64,000 bases of DNA from assembly GCA_035274425.1 (NCBI GenBank), contig DATEOC010000017.1, forward strand, positions 5,456 through 69,455, read 5' to 3'. The notes below the pieces were generated by a model. That model did not search any database. It worked only from the letters and a program-made list of their open reading frames with translations, and was not told where the DNA came from. This document shows, piece after piece, positions 31,864-41,572 of this stretch (its first letter is position 1; each line of letters begins with the position of its first letter). Origin of the DNA: Chloroflexia bacterium. Lineage in GTDB: Bacteria; Chloroflexota; Chloroflexia; QHBQ01; JADMIH01. The position numbers were made by a program, and so were the translations under genes.

Positions 31864-32646
31864 GTGGAGTTTGAAGAATATAAGATAATGTACGAGGCGG
31901 AGGATACGCACTGGTGGTATCGCGGGCTGCGAGGCGCTATTTTCACTATGCTGCGCCTAGACCGCCTCAAGAGCCGAAACCCTGCTATCCTCGATGCGGG
32001 GTGCGGCACGGGCGGTATGCTTGTGTCGTTGCGAGACGCCGGTTTCTCGAACGTCGAGGGGTTCGACTTCAGTGAGGCGGCGCTACACTTCTGCCGGGAG
32101 CGCGGGTTGGAGAACGTGAGGCAGGGGTCGATCACTGAAATCCCCTTCCCCAGCGACGCCTACGATATAGCAATCTCGTGTGACGTGTTGAACGATGCGG
32201 GCATCCCGGATGACAACGTTGCCGTACAGGAGCTATACCGCGTGCTGAAACCAGGAGGTAGACTCTTCCTGAACCTCCCGGCGCTCAGGCTCTTGAGTAG
32301 CGAGCATGACCGGGCAACGTCTATCATAAGACGCTATACCAGGGACGACATCAGCCAGAAGCTGGAAGCGGCAGGCTTCGAGGTCCGCCGGGCTACGTAC
32401 AGGAACATGCTCCTCTTCCCGCTAATACTCGCGGTGCGGCTGCGGAGGCGAGAGAAGCCAGAGGACCTGGAGAAGCCTGCCCGCTCAGATATCGTGGTGC
32501 CGCCCGCGCCTATCAACGCGGTCCTTTCCCTGGTAGTGGGGCTTGAACGGCTAATCCTGACCAGGCTAAACCTTCCTATTGGCTCGTCTGTGTCGGTGGT
32601 CGCGGTCAAGCCGAAGAATGCGGACCGCAAACTGATCTACCAATAG
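31864..32646 (+). CDS. Class I SAM-dependent methyltransferase
   Basis: Motif I ILDAGCGTGGM and motif II/post-I acidic residue (GFDFSEAAL). Confidence 0.7.
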   Translation: MEFEEYKIMYEAEDTHWWYRGLRGAIFTMLRLDRLKSRNPAILDAGCGTGGMLVSLRDAGFSNVEGFDFSEAALHFCRERGLENVRQGSITEIPFPSDAYDIAISCDVLNDAGIPDDNVAVQELYRVLKPGGRLFLNLPALRLLSSEHDRATSIIRRYTRDDISQKLEAAGFEVRRATYRNMLLFPLILAVRLRRREKPEDLEKPARSDIVVPPAPINAVLSLVVGLERLILTRLNLPIGSSVSVVAVKPKNADRKLIYQ

Positions 32647-32765
32647 ACTTCTCTTAATATGGGAAGATTTGTACGGCCCATTTAGATGCGTTTACCCATC
32701 TCTCGAGGCACGGTTTGCTTGACAGTGGAAAGAGGGTCTGCTATACTTATGGCGAGTTGAAGATT

Positions 32766-32838
32766 GCGGAAGTGGCGCAGCGGTAGCGCGTCTCCTTGCC
32801 AAGGAGAAGGTCGCGAGTTCGAATCTCGTCTTCCGCTC
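32766..32838 (+). tRNA. tRNA-Gly (anticodon GCC)
   Basis: Cloverleaf gcggaag/cttccgc acceptor, anticodon loop ttGCCaa, T-arm ggtcgcgagttcgaatctcgt. Close match to bacterial tRNA-Gly(GCC). Confidence 0.9.
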
Positions 32839-32882
32839 CGAAGGGAAGCCTAATCGCTTCCCTTTTTGTTTGGGACGTTCTT

Positions 32883-33353
32883 ATGCGAACAGATATTGAT
32901 GCTGAAAAAGAGAAAATCATAGAACAGCTACGGAATGGTGTGCCACAGGCCGCGATTTGCTCTCAATTCCACTGTAAGCCCGAAACACTACGAAGGAGAT
33001 TACAAGCCTGGGGTGTCAGCCATCTCAAAAATGAGCCAGGGCGTGGCAGACCTAGACCCTGGTCATGGAAATCTTCAACTGAGTACCTTAAGGCAGATAT
33101 TAAGACCAACATTTGGCGACTGAAGCATAAGTTATGGCGTGAGGGTTTGAAGCCCATGCAATGTGAAGAGTGCGGCTGGGCCAGACGTGCTGTGGATGGT
33201 AGATTGCCTTTAGAATTGCACCATATGAACGGGAACAGATATGATAACAGACTAGAGAATCTTATTGTCTTGTGCCCGAACTGTCATTCGCTGAAGGATA
33301 ACCACAGGGGATTGAATAAAGGCAATTATAGACAGAGACTGGATCAAGAATAG
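32883..33353 (+). CDS. HNH endonuclease with N-terminal HTH-like region, lying between two tRNA genes; markedly AT-richer than flanks
   Basis: HNH motif ELHHMNGNRYDNRLENLIVLCPNCHSLKDN. Start set at MRTDID (32883); the ORF-track start at 32796 overlaps the tRNA-Gly gene. Confidence 0.7.
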   Translation: MRTDIDAEKEKIIEQLRNGVPQAAICSQFHCKPETLRRRLQAWGVSHLKNEPGRGRPRPWSWKSSTEYLKADIKTNIWRLKHKLWREGLKPMQCEECGWARRAVDGRLPLELHHMNGNRYDNRLENLIVLCPNCHSLKDNHRGLNKGNYRQRLDQE

Positions 33354-33374
33354 ATATTTATTCATGACATTTAC

Positions 33375-33459
33375 GCCGGAGTGGCGAAACGGCAGACGCA
33401 AGGCACTTAAAATGCCTCGAGCGCAAGCTCATGCGGGTTCGAGTCCCGCCTCCGGCACC
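33375..33459 (+). tRNA. tRNA-Leu (anticodon TAA), type II with long variable arm; attachment site of the downstream integrated element
   Basis: gccggag acceptor, anticodon loop ctTAAaa, long variable arm cgagcgcaagctcatgc, T-arm gggttcgagtccc. Resembles E. coli tRNA-Leu(UAA). Confidence 0.85.
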
Positions 33460-33546
33460 TATAAGAAAGATGTTCTGAAATCACGCACAAAAATGGAGGC
33501 TAAATAGCCTCCATTAGCTTTTTTATCACCATTTTATCACCGCGCA

Positions 33547-34689
33547 CTAAGAAATATCCTCCAACAGCTTATCTAATCGGCTTGCAGCTTCCTTCTGCAT
33601 ATCCATAGTGACATGACTGTAGCGGTTGAGGGTCATGCTCACATCCGAGTGCCCTAGTCGCTCTTGGACTATCTTGGGGTGTTCCCCGTTTGCAAGCATC
33701 AGGGTGGCACTGGTGTGTCGAAGGTCGTGAAATCTTAGCATTGGTAGTCCGGCCTCAGCTATCAGCCTTTTGAACCGGAGCATAAGCGAGTTAGGCAGTG
33801 TGGGCGTACCGAGTGCAGTGGCGAATACAAGCCCCTGGTCTACGTAGGCTGTGCCGATGGCAAGGCGAGCTTCAAGTTGCCGTATGCGGTGCTTGTGCAG
33901 AGCCTGCACGACTGAACGGGACAGAGCTATAGCGCGCTTCCCTGCTGCTGACTTTGGCTGGCTAAACTCGAAGCCCTTGCCCGCGCTCCTGATTAGCGCA
34001 CGCTTCACGGCCAGCACGCTCCGCTCGAAGTCTACATCTTCCCACTTCAGCCCTAAGATTTCGCCGCGTCTCATGCCAGTGAGCAGGGCGAGCCTCCACA
34101 GTGCTCCTAGCTCATCCTTATCAGACACAGCCAGGAAGGTGCTCACCTGGGTCTGGTTCCAGGTCACATAGTTCGGTGTAATCCGTCTAGGGCGATCTAC
34201 AGCCTCGGTGACGTTGCGGGTGAGCAGCCCCCACCGCACTGCTTGTTTCAGTGCTTTGTGAAGAATAGTGTGTATCTGGGCGACTGTGGTAGGGGATAAG
34301 CGTGCGACCTCCATCCTATCGGAGTAAAGGCGCTGCACATCGAGTGGTGCGAGCTTCGCCAGCTTGATACCGCCTATGAAGGGCATAACATGTTGGCGCA
34401 TAAGGTCTCCATAGCGTCGGTGGGTTGTAGCGCGGGTACTCTGCTTAGAAGACTCCAGCCACTTCTTGAGGTAATCAGTAACGGTGAGCTTCTTTGCATC
34501 TGCTTCTGCAAAGCCGCCCGCGCCGATGGACGCACGTAACTGCATTGCCTTATCCTCAACCTCACGCTTAGTGGCCGCGCTGAGTAGCTTCTGGCGGCGC
34601 TTGCCGGTTATTGGGTCGCGTGGTAGCTCTACGGTGAATTGCCACGTTATGCCCCTCGCACCTACTCTCTTCTCTGCTTTTCCGCTCAC
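33547..34689 (-). CDS. Tyrosine-type site-specific recombinase / integrase
   Basis: C-terminal catalytic region FHDLRHTSATLMLANGEHPKIVQERLGHSDVSMTLNRYSHV (R...HxxR...Y). An N-terminal SAM-like domain is present. The gene abuts tRNA-Leu. Confidence 0.85.
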   Translation of the reverse strand: MSGKAEKRVGARGITWQFTVELPRDPITGKRRQKLLSAATKREVEDKAMQLRASIGAGGFAEADAKKLTVTDYLKKWLESSKQSTRATTHRRYGDLMRQHVMPFIGGIKLAKLAPLDVQRLYSDRMEVARLSPTTVAQIHTILHKALKQAVRWGLLTRNVTEAVDRPRRITPNYVTWNQTQVSTFLAVSDKDELGALWRLALLTGMRRGEILGLKWEDVDFERSVLAVKRALIRSAGKGFEFSQPKSAAGKRAIALSRSVVQALHKHRIRQLEARLAIGTAYVDQGLVFATALGTPTLPNSLMLRFKRLIAEAGLPMLRFHDLRHTSATLMLANGEHPKIVQERLGHSDVSMTLNRYSHVTMDMQKEAASRLDKLLEDIS

Positions 34690-34982
34690 TTTCTTTCTCC
34701 TCTCGTCCTCTGCGCCCGCCTGAGTTTGTTGGCGGGTATCATTTTGGCTTCTTGCTCAATGCGTCTTGCTTTCAAGTACCTGTCTATCTCTGCGGCTTCT
34801 ACCCGCTTGTTGCGGCCTGTAGGTGGTATGCCTATTATCTTTATGCGGCCCGCTAATGCCTCTTTGCGGAGAGTGAACCTGCTGATTGAGAGTAGGCGGC
34901 ACGTTTCCTTGATGGTATAGGCCAGACGTGCGGGCGCTTCATCATTGGTAATCGCTGACTTCATTTTCTCTTCGTTATTCAT
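34686..34982 (-). CDS. Excisionase/AlpA-family helix-turn-helix DNA-binding protein
   Basis: AYTIKETCRLLSISRFTLRKEALAGRIK HTH. Its stop overlaps the integrase start (ATGA). Confidence 0.55.
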   Translation of the reverse strand: MNNEEKMKSAITNDEAPARLAYTIKETCRLLSISRFTLRKEALAGRIKIIGIPPTGRNKRVEAAEIDRYLKARRIEQEAKMIPANKLRRAQRTRGERK

Positions 34983-35293
34983 TTTCTACTCCATGCTGAT
35001 CCGCCTCGTGACCTTGATACCAAACTAACATCTTTCAGACATGGCGGAGCCGTCGCGTCTCTTTGGGGTATTAGGGTATCCTGTTCATATGCTCGGCCAG
35101 CCATACACCCGCGTCAACTTCGTCTGCCACACCTATGGCTTCAAAAGTCGCTATCACTTTGTCAGTGTCCTCGGCGCGATCATAGCTTGTGAGCAGTTCC
35201 CTTGTGTAGTGCCAGGGAGTAGGGCCACGTCTGCGCCCGTAGCGCGTTTTCTTCCCTATCGTTGCCATCAGCGCAATAGGGTCTAGCAGTTCC

Positions 35294-35677
35294 CTAAGCT
35301 GCATGATAACCGCCTCTATTCTGCTGGGGTCGTAACGCATCCAGCACCTCCCATGATATTGATAGCTTCCACGTTCTGTGCTTGCTTCTATGGCAACTCT
35401 TGCACAGCGTTGTAAGATTGTATAACCGATTATCACCCCCCTTACAAAGTGGTACTCTGTGGTGAACTTCAAGTTTGCAGTCAGTCTCATGGCAATCCTG
35501 ACATGTATCGTTATCGCGCAGCAGAGCAGCTTCCCGCACAAAACGCCAACCCGCCCCTCTTGCGCTTCGGCGGCATCTGGTTGAGCAGAAGCCGTGCTGC
35601 GCATTCTTTGGCACGAATGTGTTAGTACATCCTTCCTTAGCACACGTGATAACGACTGTCTTTGTGGGTGTTGCCAT
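35294..35677 (-). CDS. HNH endonuclease (zinc-finger N-terminus + HNH core)
   Basis: CxxxGC...CSTRC N-terminal Cys cluster, then HNH core DCKLEVHHRVPLCKGGDNRLYNLTTLCKSCH. Confidence 0.7.
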   Translation of the reverse strand: MATPTKTVVITCAKEGCTNTFVPKNAQHGFCSTRCRRSARGAGWRFVREAALLRDNDTCQDCHETDCKLEVHHRVPLCKGGDNRLYNLTTLCKSCHRSKHRTWKLSISWEVLDALRPQQNRGGYHAA

Positions 35678-35817
35678 GTGTGTACCTCCTACCTATCTGT
35701 TACTATTCTATCAGAAATGCAGTCAAAATGCAAGGCTCATATGTTCTGAAATTGCAAATTGACTGCAACTCGTTTAGAATTAGTTTGATGGTAGAGAAGT
35801 AGTTAGGCATCGCGGAG

Positions 35818-36057
35818 GTGACAAGGAAAGTTATGGCAGTAATGACATTGAAAACACATAGAGAGAGAGCATTTCTAACCACAAGAGAGCTAGCTGATAA
35901 GGCAGGGGTCACAACCTCAACACTTTGGCGAATTGAGAAGCGCCTACATAAACCACACATTAGCACGATGCGCCGGATCGCTGAGGTGCTGGGCGTCCAC
36001 CCAACGGAGGTAGAAGAATTCGCGGTACGTCGAGAGAGAGACGACTCTGCTAAGTGA
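35818..36057 (+). CDS. XRE-family helix-turn-helix transcriptional regulator
   Basis: LTTRELADKAGVTTSTLWRIEKRLHKPHISTMRRIAEVLGV, an HTH_XRE pattern. Confidence 0.7.
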   Translation: MTRKVMAVMTLKTHRERAFLTTRELADKAGVTTSTLWRIEKRLHKPHISTMRRIAEVLGVHPTEVEEFAVRRERDDSAK

Positions 36058-36491
36058 AGTGTCACATTTATGGCATTTCATGCTGAACGTGATATTTCAC
36101 GATAGTATGTGCATCGGCCTCTACCCCCCCCCCATTTTGGTGCGCGACTTTTTGGGTTCGGCCTCTAAGCCACCCGGACAATTGCAGTATTTCTGCTGCC
36201 TAAACATAGTGGGCTATCATGGCTGGTGGGTGCTTTAGAGCAATAAGAATGAAGTAAAATTATCGGGTGAATATCTGCCGCCACTATTAAGGTATCAGCC
36301 GCCACAAATTAGGTATCTATAGGGCAATGAAGCTAAGGGAGTAGCGGGCCTTGTTGCTGCTTACTACCCTCGGAGTTGAACCTGTGTACGTGCGTGTAGG
36401 CAGTGAGTGTGGGATAACGGGGTAATATGGCGTCACGCACAAGCCGCCTATTGTTGGGTTATGTAAGTTACGGTAATAGGCTGTGACTAAA

Positions 36492-36923
36492 CTAATCACG
36501 CCATTCGGTACTGCCTCGGCAGGGGATACCCTTGCACGTCAAGCATTGTTGGCCGGAGCGCCCACAGCGTAATCCTTTCCGCCAATCTATAGCATTGAGC
36601 CACTCTTGAAGTTCCCGCACCTCTTGGAGTGGAGGCTTGCCGCCTGGCAGTGTGGCCTTCGTCTCGTAGGCTTTCGCTATTGCCGCTTCGTCAATCTCTC
36701 GTAGAAAGCTAGGCCGCGCCTCTGCTTGGACTGCCCCATGCGGGGATAGGTAAATCATAAGCTCGGCCTTGTGCTCCTGTATCTGCTTCGCCAGCGCGGG
36801 AGTCATGGCGCTCTTCGGACCAGTCACTTTCAACCCACCATCCTCGACACTTACCGACAGACCCGCAGTTCTAAGCCCGTCAAGCACTGCGCTTAGAGTG
36901 TCGTCAGTCCTCAGAATGTCCAT
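36492..36923 (-). CDS. Hypothetical protein of the island, translationally coupled to the upstream Prim-Pol gene
   Basis: 143-aa ORF whose start overlaps the Prim-Pol stop by 13 nt. No motif recognised. Confidence 0.45.
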   Translation of the reverse strand: MDILRTDDTLSAVLDGLRTAGLSVSVEDGGLKVTGPKSAMTPALAKQIQEHKAELMIYLSPHGAVQAEARPSFLREIDEAAIAKAYETKATLPGGKPPLQEVRELQEWLNAIDWRKGLRCGRSGQQCLTCKGIPCRGSTEWRD

Positions 36924-39631
36924 GTTTCGATAACCTCCTCTCCTGGGACCATTTTAGAATGACCCTGGATTTCGTCGTCATTGCCGTCATTCAGGCGTAA
37001 GGCATCGTCATTGCGGCCTATTTCACTGTCACCCTTTTGGATAACAGCGTCACTAACAGCATCGCTTTCGGGCGTGGGTATGACGGTAATGACGGGCGTG
37101 ACGCTGTTTTGCACCTTCATTCTAAGAGAGATAGGACGCTTAGTACCGCTCCTATTCAAGAACTGAACATTCAAGCCAAGTTGCCGCAAATTGGGAGCGA
37201 TACGTCGTAAGCAGCCGGAGAGGTCGTTTGGTCGTTTGGGCCAGCCATCCGGTGTTCGGGCATTCTCGCCGTGATTCGCAAAGGAGTTCAACGCGGCCAA
37301 TAACTCGCTTGCAGAACCTACCCACTCGCCGCCGATAACCCCCGATACAAACTCCTGAAGTTTAGCCGCGATAGGTTCCGCCTCCAGTGCGAGGGTATTC
37401 GCTTCGGCGCGGTTGCCAGTGTAAGCTAGCATGAATGCACCTGCTCTTAGCCCCAATGCAGGCTCGGCAGCAGTGACCCACATCGCGAAGTCTGCCATGC
37501 GAGGTTTGCGTTTCAAGCGTACATTAGGGAGGTTCTTGATCGCCATGCACACAGCATCGAGCAGCACACCCAAGATGCGAGGTCGCACCGCCTCAAAGTT
37601 TGCCCATAAGCGACTCTCTTCCATACGTGCATCATCGGGTATTGGTTGAAGCAGCAGGATTACGCCTCGGTCCAACAGGTCGGGACGAGTTATCACATCC
37701 GTTATAGATGTGAGCATTACGGGACGCTGGGCCTCAAAGATAGTCTCTTCCGTACCTGAGTAAAGCTCACGGGTGGCGTAACCGCCGCCAGTGGAGAGCC
37801 TACAAAGTGCATCTGAGAGCCAGGCGGACATGTGCGAGAGATTATCAAATGTGGGCATCCATGCATTAGTAGCGGCAAGAATGAGGTCTTGTCCATTTCT
37901 AGGCTCTGCTCGTAGAGGTGTCTTGTTGGGGTCAACCAAACTGCGTATGATACGCGCCAACGTGCTTTTCGCAGTCCCTTGCTCACCACTTATTGCAGCC
38001 AGGGGATATGGGCCTTCTGGCTTGAATGCACCAATCAAAACCCCCAGGAAAAGTACCCATCCTTCTTCATTTGCGAAGTTCACGAAAGGCCGCAAGTCTT
38101 CTATGCTGCCGCCGCGTTCTGGAATGGGAAGATGTAGCATCCCTTTCGGGCGCTTGAAGCGCACCGGCGCGGCATCACCGTGTATGACTTGCCATCCGTC
38201 AGCCCGCAGTTCTACCACCTTCCAATCTTTTTGTGCCAGGTCCAGATAGATAATATCTCCATCGCGTGCTAATCTGACGTAAACCTCGCGCTCCTTACCT
38301 TGATAGGTTGCTTCACCTTCGAGTGAAATAATTGCATCTTGTAAGGCTTGAGCTCCTGGTACGCGCCCCGTCTCGTTATAGAAGCGTTGGGAGAGCCATG
38401 CCTTGAAAGCCCTCTCCCTGATAGGCCACGTCTCTTTATGCTCCTCTGTGGGAAGTGTTGCAAACGCCTCCTTTTCGGGTGTGTGCCAAAGCTCCACCCC
38501 TTCTACATGGACAAGCTCAACCAGGGTGCTTGATTGCGTCTTCGTCACAGCCGCAGGCGCATTGCTACTCTCTGCTGGTTCGTCTTCGCTGCCATTGGAT
38601 GTAGGGCACTCTTCCGTGCTCTTACCGTATATTGGTCCGCCATAACCCCGTTTGTTCAACTCTGAGGCTGCTGCTGCGAAATCCCCCTTATGCTTAAGTT
38701 TCGTATAGACGCTGAACTTACTATAGCCGCGCTCCGGCTCGAACTCTGTTGATGTAGTGAAGGCGTAGAAAAGGTCAGAGCCTTTATAGTTGATGCTGGC
38801 GCTGATACCCTCGCGCTTGCCTGGCCGTCTTAGATACGTGATTCCTCCCGACTCATAGACGCGCTGCCAACCTTCGGTATACAAGCCTGTATCTTCCCAT
38901 GAGGCAAGGCGATTGAAGGCGTCACCGGGGCGCGCAACGCCGTTCCCATCTGCACCTGCATTCTGCTTGCCGCTACTTTGTTCATGCGCCTCTTCCCTCG
39001 GCATCTGGTCGAATGAGCGGGCCAATTCCCACAGTAACTCTTGCTCTTCCGGTGTGATGACTACTAACGTTGAGATGCCGCCCTGTAAGAGTTCATATGG
39101 TCGCCCAGAAGGGTGTACCTTACCACCCGAAGGCGCTACTATCATGTACCCACCCTCGCCCCGCGTTTCAATTAGCACTTGAATCTTATCGCTTGGGTGC
39201 TTCATCTCATCGGGCTGCTTAGGTCGCCTTGCCAGCTTGGTATTACCTAGTGCGTTGGAGCATCTGTAAAGCCAATGGATACCGCCGCCAGGGGTACGCT
39301 CTAAGTATCCATCCTCAATCTTCCCAATCAAGCCTCCCAGGCCGACCTCAAGCGCCAATTGCTTATACTGCCCATAAGCCTGATAGTCATCGAACTCAAG
39401 CAACGTGAGGCCACCACTCACCAGTCCGCCTATGAAGCCCACCCCACATCGCCCATCAGCATACCATTCAAGTACCTTATCGCGTGGTGGCCGGGCCGAC
39501 TGGTACTGTTTCCATTCACCCTCCGGCTGCTTGGAACCATCCTCTAGAGGCGGCACGATACAAATGCCTGCTTTGTATGCCTCTTTGACGGTTGCCTGGA
39601 TCGCCTGAATAGTAGGAGTTGCGGCGCTCAT
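36911..39631 (-). CDS. Replication protein: N-terminal bifunctional DNA primase-polymerase (Prim-Pol) domain fused to a P-loop NTPase (D5/P4-type helicase-like) domain
   Basis: Prim-Pol-like N-terminus (GICIVPPLEDGSKQP...GVGFIGG...LLEFDD...IETRGEGGYMIVAPS). Walker A GEQGTAKST. Start set at MSAATPT (39631), which has GGGGGA about 10 nt upstream. The ORF track begins 31 codons earlier. Confidence 0.7.
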   Translation of the reverse strand: MSAATPTIQAIQATVKEAYKAGICIVPPLEDGSKQPEGEWKQYQSARPPRDKVLEWYADGRCGVGFIGGLVSGGLTLLEFDDYQAYGQYKQLALEVGLGGLIGKIEDGYLERTPGGGIHWLYRCSNALGNTKLARRPKQPDEMKHPSDKIQVLIETRGEGGYMIVAPSGGKVHPSGRPYELLQGGISTLVVITPEEQELLWELARSFDQMPREEAHEQSSGKQNAGADGNGVARPGDAFNRLASWEDTGLYTEGWQRVYESGGITYLRRPGKREGISASINYKGSDLFYAFTTSTEFEPERGYSKFSVYTKLKHKGDFAAAASELNKRGYGGPIYGKSTEECPTSNGSEDEPAESSNAPAAVTKTQSSTLVELVHVEGVELWHTPEKEAFATLPTEEHKETWPIRERAFKAWLSQRFYNETGRVPGAQALQDAIISLEGEATYQGKEREVYVRLARDGDIIYLDLAQKDWKVVELRADGWQVIHGDAAPVRFKRPKGMLHLPIPERGGSIEDLRPFVNFANEEGWVLFLGVLIGAFKPEGPYPLAAISGEQGTAKSTLARIIRSLVDPNKTPLRAEPRNGQDLILAATNAWMPTFDNLSHMSAWLSDALCRLSTGGGYATRELYSGTEETIFEAQRPVMLTSITDVITRPDLLDRGVILLLQPIPDDARMEESRLWANFEAVRPRILGVLLDAVCMAIKNLPNVRLKRKPRMADFAMWVTAAEPALGLRAGAFMLAYTGNRAEANTLALEAEPIAAKLQEFVSGVIGGEWVGSASELLAALNSFANHGENARTPDGWPKRPNDLSGCLRRIAPNLRQLGLNVQFLNRSGTKRPISLRMKVQNSVTPVITVIPTPESDAVSDAVIQKGDSEIGRNDDALRLNDGNDDEIQGHSKMVPGEEVIETWTF

Positions 39632-39713
39632 AGACACAAATCCCCCAACTCGCCTTTGCACTGCGCCTGGCCCCAAATAGCTCCCTTGCATCTGTTGTTG
39701 GTGCTGTATGACA

Positions 39714-40034
39714 TTAGCGCGCACCCCCTACTTCCCACTTCGAGGCGGTCTCAGGATGTTCAACCTGCGAAACCACCGCACTTTGTTCTGCAAGCCCTGC
39801 CAGTAATGTAGGTGTGTGAAATCTCAATAGTTTGCCGAGCCGCACTTGACCTGGTAGGCCTCCGTTAGTGCGGGCAAGCTCATACATCTTAGACCTGCCT
39901 ACGTGCAATAGGTTCGCAGCCTCAGTTGCGTCTATGAATAACGGCAATTCTTCTACACTACCGTTGCGCAATGTTCTCATTGTCTGTACCTCCAATCTCT
40001 TTAGTCTTTGCCTGCACACCCTGGTTATTACCAT
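39714..40034 (-). CDS. Excisionase-family HTH DNA-binding protein
   Basis: LFIDATEAANLLHVGRSKMYELARTNGGLPGQVRLGKLLRF, an HTH_17-like pattern. Confidence 0.5.
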   Translation of the reverse strand: MVITRVCRQRLKRLEVQTMRTLRNGSVEELPLFIDATEAANLLHVGRSKMYELARTNGGLPGQVRLGKLLRFHTPTLLAGLAEQSAVVSQVEHPETASKWEVGGAR

Positions 40035-40179
40035 CAGTTAACAGCCCGCGTCGCATGGCCTCCAAGCGTAGAAGGAAGCGTAACTGCTCTTCTGGATGAC
40101 GGCACTCCCTATCTGCCATTTCGATTAGGGCTTCCATCTCCGTTAGGTCTAGCGGGACTTTGACCCTTTGAATTTCCAT
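39958..40179 (-). CDS. Small ribbon-helix-helix-like (CopG/antitoxin-type) protein, tentative
   Basis: KVPLDLTEMEALIEMADRE resembles an RHH beta-strand + helix. It overlaps the downstream HTH ORF out of frame. Confidence 0.3.
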   Translation of the reverse strand: MEIQRVKVPLDLTEMEALIEMADRECRHPEEQLRFLLRLEAMRRGLLTDGNNQGVQAKTKEIGGTDNENIAQR

Positions 40180-40305
40180 AGTTACACCTCCACAAATAAA
40201 AAGCTGTACTCAGACTTGCGTCTCTGAATACAGCATAGAGGATATGAATTTCGGCGGGAAGCGTTACGTCGGTTTCGTCGGTTTCGGCGGTCTTAATGAC
40301 ATGGC

Positions 40306-41163
40306 TTAGCCACTTTCGTCTCCCTCGATAGGCTCTTTTGCAGCCCTGCGGTCCATCGCCTTATTGAATATATCCTTTAAATCTCCCGGCCTTCGACGCC
40401 TAAACCTTGCATCTCCCTCCTTTTCTCTAAGAGCAAGCTTCCACCATTCAAACACCTTGTCGTAACTTATACCTCTCCGCCAACGCTTGTATGCCTCGTC
40501 ATGGACTAGCTTTGGTGGGGCACCAGGAATTCCTGGCGGAAATACAACGGTTGATTCTTGCTCTCCTGCAACATCCACTGTGTTGTGCTTGCCTGCAACC
40601 TGTGACATATGCGCTTCCACAACTGGTGTGGCAGGCTCGTCCGGCGTTTGCTCGCCCCAACGCCCGCGCATTATTTTACACAGTGACATGAAGGCATTAA
40701 CCGCAGATGGGCGGCAGCACCTAGCATCTATTTCAATACTATATTCACTTGACTCAATATCCATGTCTGGAGTTCGGATTCTGAACTCAATGAGCGGTAT
40801 AGGAACAAGCCAGGCCTTACGTGCCCGCTCAAATTCGGCATCGGGGAATGAGGTAGGGTCTCGTCTGCCGGTAAGCATGAGCAACCAAGTATCAGAAGCT
40901 ATCTCGGTTAGCGGAGGCACTTCCGTGTTGAAAGAGAAACCACTATTCTTTGTGGTCATATATACCAGAGGCATATTCTCCAGCCAGTATTTTATATGGC
41001 TCACGGTTGTGTACAAGGTAAAGTTCTCGACTTGGTGGCGCGTCCACTTCTCATAGGCCTCCGGCCCCACCCACTCCCTTTCCCATTTCTCGACCTTTTC
41101 AAATTCTTGGCCATCCATAATACCTACCTCAAAGTGAAAACCCGTACCTGATTGTGGGGGCAA
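40306..41163 (-). CDS. Hypothetical island protein (285 aa), no recognisable domains
   Basis: Intact ORF in AT-richer island DNA. Trp-rich, charged. No motif matches. Confidence 0.4.
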   Translation of the reverse strand: MPPQSGTGFHFEVGIMDGQEFEKVEKWEREWVGPEAYEKWTRHQVENFTLYTTVSHIKYWLENMPLVYMTTKNSGFSFNTEVPPLTEIASDTWLLMLTGRRDPTSFPDAEFERARKAWLVPIPLIEFRIRTPDMDIESSEYSIEIDARCCRPSAVNAFMSLCKIMRGRWGEQTPDEPATPVVEAHMSQVAGKHNTVDVAGEQESTVVFPPGIPGAPPKLVHDEAYKRWRRGISYDKVFEWWKLALREKEGDARFRRRRPGDLKDIFNKAMDRRAAKEPIEGDESG

Positions 41164-41362
41164 TCAAGCACGGGCTTCCTTGCTGGCATTATACTCTTTC
41201 TCGTGGTTGTAGATGCCCCCACACCGCAAATCACTGACCTTATTGTACCACTTAGTATGGTTGTGGAAGGGTTCTCGCCTCAGACTGTGCAATTCATACA
41301 GGCATCTATGATATGGGCCACCCTGGTATCGCCTCGTCTATCGCCTCCATAAGCCTCATTGT

Positions 41363-41572
41363 CTATTGCAGAGGAGCAAGCACGCGACTGTTGTGGTAGA
41401 GATCGTCAAACGTCAGTGTGCGGACCTTGCGGTCTTTCAGCCACTTTTCTGCTACATGGTAGCCGCCGATGTGGAAGTCCCACACCTGTGGTGACACGTC
41501 CTCGAAGTATTGCGTCTTGTTGATAGGGATATGGACCGGCTGATTACCTTGTGGCGATATGTACGACCTCAT
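41363..41572 (-). pseudogene. Remnant encoding only the C-terminal ~70 aa of a type IIG/IIL (MmeI-like) restriction-modification or BREX PglX-type methyltransferase
   Basis: VWDFHIGGYHVAEKWLKDRKVRTLTFDDLYH matches the conserved C-terminal motif (VW.F.IGGYQV..KWLK.R) of the MmeI/PglX family. There is an in-frame stop immediately upstream, so the rest of the gene is absent. Confidence 0.5.

Noticed and set aside
32796-32882. 5' extension of the HNH ORF (ORF-track start 32796) reading through tRNA-Gly
   Set aside because: It overlaps a confidently predicted tRNA gene. The internal ATG at 32883, after the tRNA, is the plausible start.
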